Shown here piece by piece: positions 53,014-64,000 of a DNA stretch of 64,000 bases. The position numbers and the translations under genes were made by a program. Positions within the stretch are counted from its first letter, which is position 1. Each line of letters begins with the position of its first letter. Source of the DNA: Lytechinus pictus (Eukaryota); NCBI RefSeq assembly GCF_037042905.1, contig NC_087252.1:25856001-25920000 (forward strand). Reading direction: 5' to 3'. Under the pieces are notes generated by a model, which saw only the letters and a list, made by a program, of their open reading frames with translations, made no database searches and was not told the DNA's origin.

Positions 53014-53799
53014 TGAAAAGCTTGATTCCAAAAGGAGCTAAATCCACTTTTGACAAAAAAAATGATTGTTTGATATAAATGTATGTATCTTAGACGTGGG
53101 AATCAAATGAAACATATCGCATTTGAAAAAAATGGAAAGGTTGGTAAAAATTGATTGCAAATTTGAGTTTTGTTCCAAAAGGAGCTAAATTCAAAACAGT
53201 TTTGTTCCAAAAGGTCCAAAATCTACTATGCGGTTATCTAAAATTTGTTATTTTGCCTATTTTCAATAAAGATATGCATATCTCTTTTTAGACATATGTT
53301 GTGGATACAAGTTCACACCATCAGTGCAAATTTTGCTAAAATTAAAAGAATTTTACAATTTTATGAATATTTTTGGATTTAGTTCCTTTTGCATGTTTTG
53401 GAATTAAGATATCGAATGACAAAATATCTTTCTTTTTTTTTCTTTTTGTAATTTTCAATGGATAAACATTAAAAAAAAGATGTGAAATGTACTGTGGTAG
53501 CCATATTTATGTGTTTCGTGTTCAAAACCATACATGTTAAATTGGAAAATAAATGATATTTTACTAGGGTTTTGTTCCAAAAGGAGTTAAATCCATTAAA
53601 ATGAAATTTCAAAAATTGTTCAACAATTCATAATGAATGCTAGATTTTCAATTTTTTATTTAATTAGTCTAAGATGGTAGTACTATCATCTATATCAAAA
53701 TAAAACAGCAGCGGCTAAGGGCAAGTGGTGAATTAAAAAACCTTGATTTACAGAAAAATACTAAATAGTTGATTTAGCTCTTTTAGAACAAAACTCTTC
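53014..53799. mobile_element. Non-autonomous element with CCAAAAGGAGCTAAAT repeats, architecture like 3689-4473
   Basis: GAAAAG...AAAACTCTTC ends, with internal direct and inverted repeats. Confidence 0.55.
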
Positions 53800-54063
53800 A
53801 TATATATGTATTATAAAAATGGTCAGAGTGATTGGTACAAATATCCACGCCTCTCTCGCTATCTAAATATATAAATATATACTTTGCTAATAAGCATATT
53901 TGGAAAGCAATTATCAAATGGGTATGCGGTATAAGCACACTCAATATTTACGCCCTTTATTATTTAATTTAAAATCGCAGAGTCTTATATACATTACATT
54001 CTTTTGTTGTAAGAAACACTTAAAGTATATTCAACGCTCTTATTATTACTTCTTTGGAATTAC

Positions 54064-54159
54064 CTTTTTTGTCCAATCTGTTAATGTTACGTCTGGTACG
54101 TTTTCGCCACAAGAATCCTCCAGCAGTTCCAATCACAAGAAGAAGGGTTAGCGGAACAA
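54064..54159 (-). CDS. Transmembrane / stop-transfer exon (gene B), phase 1-1
   Basis: ctattttccag|TT...AAG|GTAATT; 96 nt: xVPLTLLLVIGTAGGFLW-RKRTRR-NINRLDKK, a hydrophobic stretch followed by a basic cluster. Confidence 0.8.
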
Positions 54160-54460
54160 CTGGAAAATAGCGATATCAGAATTGGCAATTCCAAGGGTTA
54201 GTGGACAAACCACAGAGTAGAAAATTAGTTTTTTTCTAAAATCATATTATTTCTTAATCATTTTGCTACGGTCTGGGGAAAAACGAAGTTACAGGTATAT
54301 GGAAATTATAATTTTTACTTATGCTACATATTTCTATCAAATAGAGGATTTCATGATATGTTATGAAACATTCATTATTTAATGTAACGTCACTAGTTTT
54401 CTTTGACCCTTAACACACATACATGTAAAGATCAAAGAACATATATTTATACATATATAC

Positions 54461-54508
<48 letters not shown>

Positions 54509-55282
54509 TGTGAAAGAAATGAATTTAAAGCTAAATAGTACGCGTAGCTTAAATCAAAATTCCCCAGAGCTACCATCCATGTGAAAAACTTTGATGAGGC
54601 CAAAAAATGTCTCCGCCGGGAATAAAACTGTGCCTGGATCCGATTGACCGTCGGATTTTTTACCTGACCAATCATATTTCCTTTGTCAAGTGTGAAGTTT
54701 GAATTATAACAAGCCGCCATGACTTAGCTTGATCAAATAGTCCAGTAGACAGCCCGATAGTCCATGTAAACTGTATATGACCTGGAAATAATGTTAAGTA
54801 CAGGTTTTTTTTTGGTTGATTTGTGTTCTAGATGGGTTTTTACGTAAATTTAGCCTGCCATGATTGCCACCTTGGCACCCTTGGTAATTTTGATTGACAA
54901 AATTAGCATAATCGTGTTAATAGCATACTTCTTATAAGTAATATTTTACTAAATCTTGAAGCAGAAGACTGAAAACATACATGATACAATTTTTTCTAGG
55001 TTTTTTTTAAGTAAAGCAGTCATTGCAATCATCGTAGTTCGCATAATAAAATAATTAGTATAAATGTAGCATATATATCCTTCTGTGAATGTATATACAG
55101 AAAACATCAAAGCATTTGACGAGGATTTCGTTCATGACAACGATTTTCCTTTTTATGCAGTGAAATTTACGTAATTAGCATAATTCACCAATTAACATAT
55201 CAATGCAATGCATTGAATTCAGGTTGTCAAATCTTATCGATAAAACCTGAAAACAAGAATAATATATATGTACTGCTCATCC

Positions 55283-57168
55283 GGCTTATTATATTCACTC
55301 GCGTTCGTAATCACTCGCGTCGCGTTGGTAATCACACGCGTTTTTTATTTTTGGCGATTTTTTTTTAATTTCGGTGCGATTTTTTTTCTAACGTTGTCTT
55401 CAATGGGACAAACACACTGGGAAAATAAGATAAAATTGAAATTCGAGTTTCGTTTTAAGCCGGCAATTAAGTGCCTTAAAATAAAATGTACTCGACTACT
55501 GTTTTAACATAACAAACAAGCAAATCAGCCATGTGGCTCAACTAACTTAGAATAGATGCGGACTTCTACTGTGTCTTATACGAGGACTCCGAGTCGGAAC
55601 TTGCCATATCTGCCACATCGATATTACATCGTATCATTCCCATATGCGGACATGCCTGCATGCAATGGCCCCAAGGCGGCCGGACCCGGCCGCGGTCGGA
55701 CACGACGTGCATCGGTAGCATGGAGCAAGCTAACGTGAGTCGAGCTGAGTTAGATCCCACGTTACATATGAGGCGCCGATTGTACCAATATTATATAGAA
55801 CAATTATTTGTTACATAATCATTATTCATTAAATAATAACTATTATTTATATATAATTTACATTCTATTTGTAAATAATTACTATTATATAAAATAACAT
55901 TTCTAATTATTTATATATAACTCCAAGTAATACTTCATTATTTGTAAATAATAATAGTTCGACATTCTATTATTTATAAATAATGATTATTTGTTTTTTA
56001 TTATTTTTAAATACTGATTATTTGTTTTTCATTATTTATAAATAATGATTATTTGTTTTTCATTATTTATAAATAATTATTATTTGTTTTTCATTATTTA
56101 TAAATAATGGTTATTTGTATATAGATAACGATTATTTGTATAAAATGGCAAAATGTAAAACTCGTTTATAAATAATGATTATTTATAAATAATGGGATAT
56201 TCAAACAAAAATGTTATTTATAAATAATGAAACACGATAAATTTTCATTATTTATAAATAATGGGAAACCCAACAAATTATTTATAAATAAAGAAATGTG
56301 CACTGGCATTGACAATAGATAATTATCATTTACAGATAATAGAAAACTCGACAAACTTATTTATAAATAATAAAAAAACGAATTGCAATTATTCAAAAAT
56401 AATGAAGTATGCAGTGTCATTATTTACAAATAATGAAACACAAAAATTATTATTTATAGATAATGAAAAACAAATAATCATTATTTATAAATAATGGAAT
56501 GTCGAACTATTATTATTTACAAGTAATGAAGTATTACTTGGAATTATATATAAATAATTAGAAATGCTATTTTATATAATAGTAATTATTTATAAATATA
56601 ATGTAAATTATATATAAATAATAGTTACTATTTAATGAATAATGATTATATAACAAATAATTGTTCTATATAATATTGGTACAATCGGCGCCTCATATAT
56701 ATCGTGGGATCTAACTCAGCTCGACTCACGTTAGCTTGCTCCATGCTACCGATGCACGTCGTGTCCGACCGCGGCCGGGTCCGGCCGCCTTGGGGCCATT
56801 GCATGCAGGCATGTCCGCATATGGGAATGATACGATGTAATATCAATGTGGCAGATATGGCAAGTTCCGACTCGGAGTCCTCGTATAAGACACAGTAGAA
56901 GTCCGGATCTATTCTAAGTTAGTTGAGCCACATGGCTGATTTTCTTGTTTGTTATGTTAAAAAAGTAGTCGAGTACATTTTATTTTAAGGCACTTAATTG
57001 CCGGCTTAAAACGAAACTCGAATTTCAATTTTATTTTATTTTCCCTGCATGTCTGTCCCATTGAAGACACCGTTAAAAAAAATCGCACCGAAATAAAAAA
57101 AAATCGCCAAAAATTCATAACGCGAGTGATTACGAACCCGCACGCGACGCGAGTGATTATAGACTGCC
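55283..57168. mobile_element. Foldback-type element, 1886 bp, with very long TIRs
   Basis: GGC...GCC ends, perfect 8-bp TSD GCTCATCC (55275-55282, 57169-57176), near-identical arms of ~700 bp, AT-rich ~31-bp tandem repeats in the centre. Confidence 0.9.
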
Positions 57169-57984
57169 GCTCATCCAAGGTTTCTATGACAAGGATTTCA
57201 TTTATGACCCTAGTTTTCCTTTCAGGCAAATGTATTAGCTGTAAGTAGAATAATTATCATAGAGAGGTGCTTAACATAAAGCCCTACGTGCAATATCATC
57301 TTTGTCACTGTATTATCTAACAAGCATGAAAACAGGAATTTTACAGCTCTGCTATTATTTTTATGACAAGGAATTCATTTATGAAACAAATTGTAACAAC
57401 ATGTACTCATCATAACTGGAAAAATCAGCCTGATTTGCCCATTAACATATGATTAATATGGAGTTCATGGAACATGTTATCAAGTGTTATCTACACTGTA
57501 AAAAAATGAAGTGATACTTTAGCATTTACAGTGCTTGTATAGTGACTGCACTACGAGTCCTGATTTTCTAGTTTAAATTTGAACTAGAAAATAAGCACCC
57601 GTAGTACAGTCACTATACAAGCACTGTATTAGCACTTCATTTTTACAGTGTAGAAAACCTGAAAACATGAGTAATACAGCTCTTCTACACTGTAAACACG
57701 CTGTTTAAAATTTTAAGCGAGTTTTTTTAAGCCAGTAACTCTAACATTATTGTTGTGTAAAGTTTTGAACAAATTGTTAAACAGTTTTTAACAAATTGTT
57801 AAGAAAAGTTTATACAATTTCAAAAAAGCTTAAACAATGTGTCGTTAGAGTGACTGGCTTAAACAATATGCTATTTTTAACCTTGTATGATTTTCTTGCT
57901 CAATAGGCTGATATGGAGCTTAACATATCAAGTTTGAAGGCAATATATAAAACATATTTCAGCTCGGACATTGAGCTCTCTTTT

Positions 57985-58941
57985 CATTTCATTTATTTTA
58001 TTTCAACAGGGTAAACGAACTTCAGCCAATGGCTGTTCTTCTGAACGTCCCTGCGTACATGTTAAAATCACATTACATGTATATATAATTAAGATACATG
58101 ATACGAAACAAATATACAATTACATGTAAAATATCATCAATATTACAAAGAAAAACAAACAAGTTTACATCACTCTGGCGTCCAATCTAAATATGTTGAA
58201 ACTAGTTACTTTTAAGTCATTAGGTAGTGCGTTCCAGCTTCTGCCCCCCCCCCCCCCCTGTACTGTAAACTTCTTTTCTTATAATTGCTTTTAACTAAGG
58301 GTAATTTGATTTTTAGAGACGAAGATCTTAGCAAGTAGTTACAACCACTTAAAATAATTTTTTTACGAATACTCACTGGAAGCATACCATGCATTATCTT
58401 GTACATTTTTTGTAAGGTGCGTACATTTCTTCTTACAATCTTTTAATTTCTAATTCTTGAAATATATGTTCGGATGGGTACATCCGATCCACTTCGGATA
58501 CACAACGGAGGGTTCTATTTTGAATTCTTTTTAAATTATCACTCAAAACTTTTCCTAAGTTGTCCCAAATTACATCAAAGTAATCAAATTTGCTTTGTAT
58601 TAAACTCTTATAAAACGTAAGTGCTGTATGTTTAATTATGAATGGTCGGATTCTTTTGAGTAGGTACAGATTTTTATTGACGTCTTGTTTTAGTTTTTCT
58701 ATTTGTTTGCTCTAGTCAAGGTATTGGTCAATCAAAATTCCTAAGTATTTCATTTAAGTGACTCTTTGGACAACACTAGGTCATATAAAAACTTTGGGTA
58801 CTTCTATTTTTTTATCCGATGTCTACTCCCAATAAACAAAAACTTGCATTTCTTTATATTCAACGCCAATCTATAATTCGCTAACCATTTGTTAATTGCA
58901 AAGATCATCATTAAGGCTGTTTACAAGAACGTTCACATTTT

Positions 58942-58986
<45 letters not shown>

Positions 58987-59116
58987 TGTACAAAGTAGAA
59001 AGCTCTGGGGAACCTTGATTTAAGCTACGCCTACCATTGTTCTCTTCATCCATTTCTTTCACACAATATTTAAATAAAAGAGTTGCCAAAGCTGTAGTGC
59101 ATGTATAACTTCACAC

Positions 59117-59164
<48 letters not shown>

Positions 59165-59950
59165 GTGTCATCTGCATAAAGGGACACTCTTGAATGATTA
59201 AGAATACTTGTTAGATCATCTAAGTATATAACACAAAGAGAAGTGGGCCAATATTACTCCCTGGGGAATTCCACAAACGATATCATCAAAGAACGATTTA
59301 ACACCATTAACAACTGTACATTGACGACGTCCAATAAGGTAATCTTTGAACCATTTTAGAACCTGTCCATCCATGCCCTTCTTTTTAATTTGTTCAACAA
59401 TATATGGTGGTCTACTGTGCCAAACGCTTTTGTGAGATCTAAAGCGACTAGCCCGACAAGGTTTCCCTGTCCAGACTATCAAGAACGCTTTCTGTAACAT
59501 TGAGTAAAGCTATCATAGTCGAATGTTTGGGTCGAAAACCCGACTGCTGTGTACAAAGTAGAAAGTCCTTATTAAAATATTCATACACTTGACTGAATAC
59601 AATCTTCTCTATGATTTTAGCGAATACAGACAGTATAGAGATGGGTCTATAGTTTCCCATTTCAGTTTTGTCACCACCTTTGTACACAGGTGTGACCCGA
59701 GAAATTATCAATTGGGGAGGTATTTCACCAATTCGTAATGATAGATTTATGATATAATAAAGCGGTTTTACTATGTGGGCTAAAATTGGCTTGATTAGTG
59801 ATGTTGGTATGTCATCAATTCCCCCAATCTTCTTACAATCAAGATTATTTTTTAGTTACCTTTTTAATTTCTTCATCAGTAACTATGTGTCTTAAATTAT
59901 GTGTCTTAAACTATTTTCTTTGTGTATTCCATGAGGTTATAAAAAAATAT
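57985..59950 (-). mobile_element. Decayed CR1/L2-group LINE (RT region and 3' end)
   Basis: VTPVYKGGDKTEMGNYRPISILS, QSGFRPKHST, GIPQGVIL, LYADDT; frameshifts and a (TA)n-flanked insertion at ~58948-59163. Confidence 0.85.
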
Positions 59951-59979
59951 CCCTTTTCTGGTCGGAATTTTCAAATATA

Positions 59980-62538
59980 CACAACAAAAAAAGTAAGTCC
60001 CCCCTAAATCAAATTGCTGTAACTTTTGAATGGAGTTATTTTGAGATATGATATTTCCGCATACATTCGTAATTCCGAAGCTTCGTTATTCCGAAGGTTC
60101 GGATATTCTGAAGTTTCGTATTTTCGAAGGTTCGTATTTCCGAAGGTTCGTAATTCCAAGGGGTCGTAAATGAGGTTCGTAATTCCGAAGGTTCGTTAGT
60201 CCGAAAACAAAGTGAGGTTCGTAATTCCGAAGGTTCGTTAATCCGAAAACGAAATGAGGTTCGTAATTCCGAAGGTTCGTTAGTCCGAAAACGTAATGAT
60301 TAACGAACCTTCCTTTTTTTCGGACTAACGAACCTTCGGAATTAGAACCTCATTTCGTTTTCGGATTAACGAACCTTCGGAACAACGAACCTTATTTCGT
60401 TTTCGGACTAACGAACCTTCGGAATAACGCCACAAATGTTCGGATTAACGAACCCTTTTACGTTTTCGGATTAACGAACATCGACGTATAGGCAATTTAC
60501 GTGTTTCGGATTTACGGACCTTCGGAATAAGGAACCTTCGGAATTACGAAGTGTAACCGATATTTCGAAGGTGGTTTTTTACACTCATTAAGCAACTCCT
60601 GGAGAAAAAGAGATTGATCGGTTCAGTCACGCATGAGTAATTAAAGATTGAATTAAAAATGACCATTTTTGAAAGTCACAAGAGTCGTTTTTCAGATTGT
60701 GCAAATACAAGGTTGGGCAAAAGTTGCTTTTAGGTGAATTTTATGGTGTTACGCTGTTTTGCTATCCTTCATTTAGCCACTCCACACACAATTTTGATAT
60801 CGTATGTTCATGGTTGAGTGAGCGGGGGCCGCAGAAGCGGGGGTGGGGGCCACTTTTTTCCAAAGTCATGTACAAAAATGTAAAAATGACCATACGATTG
60901 TGATTTTTTGCATGGTCAGCCCCCCCCCCACACTTTTGGCGCAGCCCCTCCCCCACACTTTGAAAACCGTTCCGCGGCCCCTGTATTGTGACGTATCATC
61001 ATAGGAGTTTTTGGTAGTATCCTCGACAACTTGTTAGGTCATATTAAAATTTGAAAATGTTGGTGGCTCCCCCGATTATAGGCCCCTCCCTCATCTTTAA
61101 ATTCTGGATCCTACACTGATTTGTCCATAAATTCAACTGATCATGATAAATTGTTAGGAAAATAATACATTTATGCAGTATAAAGAGTATTCATTCCCAA
61201 GTTTTCGAATGTGCTCGCTCAACCATGAAAATGTTAAGTTCGGTAAGTGTGTGGTGATAGAAATGATGGATGATAAAAACAACAGCAATTAAAGTCACAT
61301 TTGAAACCGAATGTGCCCCCAATATTCACCTTATTACTCTTTAAAATGAGTCTGTGACATTGAAAATACCCATTTTCTCACTTTGATGCGTGCTCACTCA
61401 TCCGTGAATAAACAAATCGATTTCATTTTTGCACATAATTCTGCCCATAGGTTGATAAACATTACTGCCAAATGACATTGCTAAAGATAGCCTTGAAAAA
61501 ATGTTCCACCATATTGAATAAGGGGTTACTTATTCTTAAACATATGCACCCATAATGTACACAAGTCTATGAGAGAGGAAGTCAAAATTTTAACAAATAT
61601 GAAATAAGGGGTTTGTTTCATGGACGGTTTTTGTTACTTCTGCCAACAGCTATTTCATGAAACTTCGCACATGGCTTAAGAGTAACACTATCCAAAAGGC
61701 GCACACACCAAAATAACAATTCGATACGGCACAGAGTGGGGCCAAGGCCTTGATCTTTCTTCTCATTTGCATAATTTTCGAATATTGTGTGCCCACTGAT
61801 GCATTAAACATCGGGATTTTCATACAAATCAAATCAAATGAACCATGCAAGGATGTTTCTGACAGATATCCATAGTTACAAGTTGCAGTTTTTCCAATAA
61901 CGTAAAAAAAGAGCTAATCACATTCCACATGTTCATTCAAGCGTGAATGTTTAATTAAACGCCTTTGAATCAATGAAGCATGAACATAACACACAAGTTG
62001 ATAAAAAATCAGTTTCAGTTACCAAAATGAAACAATACTTGCCTATGATATTTGAAAATCGTATTTTTTTTTTCAATAAATGTTCATTGAACCTTGAAAC
62101 GATGAATATTGTTGAAGATACTCTTCCCAAAAATAACTGTCATCAAATTCTATCATTTTTATTGATGAAAATGTGTATAAAAAAAATCCAATTATAGCAA
62201 ATTTGAACTTGTGTTTATTCAACCGTGAAATTTAGCTCAAAAATGTATCGTCTTTTTAGAAAGTACCTTTTACAAGCCTTCTGGCTATTTTTCATGATGA
62301 GAATGTGGAATCAGTTCCAATAAAATGGAATCAAAGTCATGATTTTTGGCTTGTGACTTTTGAAAAGTGACATTTTTGCCTTCTGACGGTGCTCACTGAA
62401 GCATGACGTAAAATACGTCCATAACATTTACTCAGAGGGTAGCTTATAAAATCACCTACACTCTCATGTAAAAATATATCAAAACTTGCATTGGTTCGGA
62501 AATTATTGATGTTTGTTCAAGGGGGGACTTTTTTTGTG
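59980..62538. mobile_element. TA-flanked TIR element (Tc1/mariner-like, non-autonomous) with nested MITEs
   Basis: TA|CACAACAAAAAAAGTAAGTCCCCC...GGGGGACTTTTTTTGTG|TA; nested inserts at ~60060-60559 and ~60824-60983. Confidence 0.7.
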
Positions 62539-63338
62539 TATACATATCAGCTAGGGTTGGTTGCTTGTATTTTGATTGGTGAATTATGTATACCTCTATT
62601 TTAATTTTTTTAACAAACCACTTAAAATCCATTTTTAATGAGAGTTTTCTAAGAATTCTTCATGCAATTTGTGCTCACATTATTGTAGAAAATATATTAA
62701 CCCTTGCGTCCTGTTCATAATTAAAAAGGGCTTAAAATGTCCAGTTTTCAGGCCTTGATATTGACAAATTTCGCACTCCTGTTAGGCTTATTAGATTGAA
62801 AAATAATCTAATAACATTTTCATGATTCTTAATAACTAAATCGTCATATTTTCAGAATGGAATAATGACAAGTTCCATCTTGCACTCAGAAGGAGGAACA
62901 GGAAGATAGTAATAATTTTCATAAATGATTACAATGTGTCCTTAGAATGTCTTGGTCGTAGATCATGATGATTATAAAATCATATCGCTCGGGATTCGCG
63001 ATCGCATCGTTTATTAAGTGCGTTCCCTATCTATAATTTTCATACACAGTGCTTGAAATAGTGCCTAAATTGACCTTTTTTGAGATCTGGAATATCTAAA
63101 TTATTTCCAGCTCCTGCTCCGCGCTCACATCATTAACTTTTATGAAGAAAAAAAAACATGTATTTAGGTCCCCCAATTTCTAGGTCTAAATCTATTTAAA
63201 TGCAGCCTGTTATTTGTTTAAAACGTACTTAATTAAAAAAGTTTCAGATCAAAATATCATCAAAAATTTTCTGCTCGTGCTTCGCGCTGGCATTATCAAT
63301 GTAGCAAGAGACCCAATTACCCACCTTTTTCATGATAT

Positions 63339-64000
63339 GAAGAGCTCACTTGCAAAAGGGGTTAGGTCCATTTTTCATCAAATTTGATTTTTATGTGTCA
63401 ATGTATAGATTTTTAGTATCTCTATAAGATGATACCAGAGAAAAGTTGGAATTCCTATTAAAAAGTGAACTAAAATGGCAAAGAAAAATAGCTTTTTCCA
63501 AAGGGGTTAGGCCCATTTCAGTTTAGTTGCAAAAGGGGTTAGGTCCACACGGATTTTTTCGAAAATAATATCTTAAAAAATATGAAGACAGGTACATTTC
63601 TTTTATACCCAATTTAATGTTCTCATGGTAGGGAATCATAAAAAAATCATTTTCGCATAAGAATATTGCAATATGGGAGAATTAAAAAAAAATCGATTTT
63701 CTTGGTGTGGACCTATCCCCTTTTGCAACAAAACTCTTCTAAATAACTCATTTGTCAAAAGGCATGAAAGGAGTTAGGTCCATTTTGCACAAATTTTATT
63801 GCTTTCCGTCTCTAAACCTCTAAATTTTTATTTACTCTGATGATACCAACGAAAATTAGAAATTTGAATGAAAACGTGAATGAAAGTGGCAAAGAAAAAT
63901 CACTTCTTTTAATCAAGAGATATTCGATTCATTTCAGTTTGCTTGCAAAAGGTGTTAGGTCCAGAATGATATTTCTTTGTTAATGTATAGAAAAAAAAAT
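63339..64000. mobile_element. Second copy of the 3689-4473 element, running off the window
   Basis: ATAT|GAAGAGCTCACTTGCAAAAGGGGTTAGGTCCA, collinear with 3689 onward. Confidence 0.8.

Noticed and set aside
55556..56898. Near-identical 64-aa ORFs on opposite strands
   Set aside because: A consequence of the foldback palindrome; no coding signature.

Overview
AT-rich, repeat-dense eukaryotic DNA with GT-AG introns. The repeat families and protein domains suggest an echinoderm, probably a sea urchin (inference). Most ORFs in the track are microsatellite or MITE noise. Reading splice sites on the minus strand reveals parts of two immune-receptor-like genes in tandem. Gene B (3' part, 54159->45053) is a phase-consistent chain: transmembrane exon, linker exon, Death-domain exon, second linker exon, short terminal exon. 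No NACHT or LRR exon follows it in the window. Gene A (5' part) has one V-type Ig exon (3194->2847) preceded by three paralogous promoter + signal-peptide cassettes at ~11.4, ~20.6 and ~26.9 kb. Two are intact and one has an in-frame stop; all three keep a 4-codon uORF and a shared motif cluster. The rest is deeply nested mobile DNA: hAT-like, Kolobok-like, Tc1-like and Sola-like non-autonomous elements, a nearly intact CR1/L2 ORF2, a decayed Penelope-like element with hammerhead-like motifs, an RLE-type LINE fragment, a tRNA SINE, a SINE with an apparent 7SL head, and a 1.9-kb foldback element. All gene models are read by eye and need transcript support.
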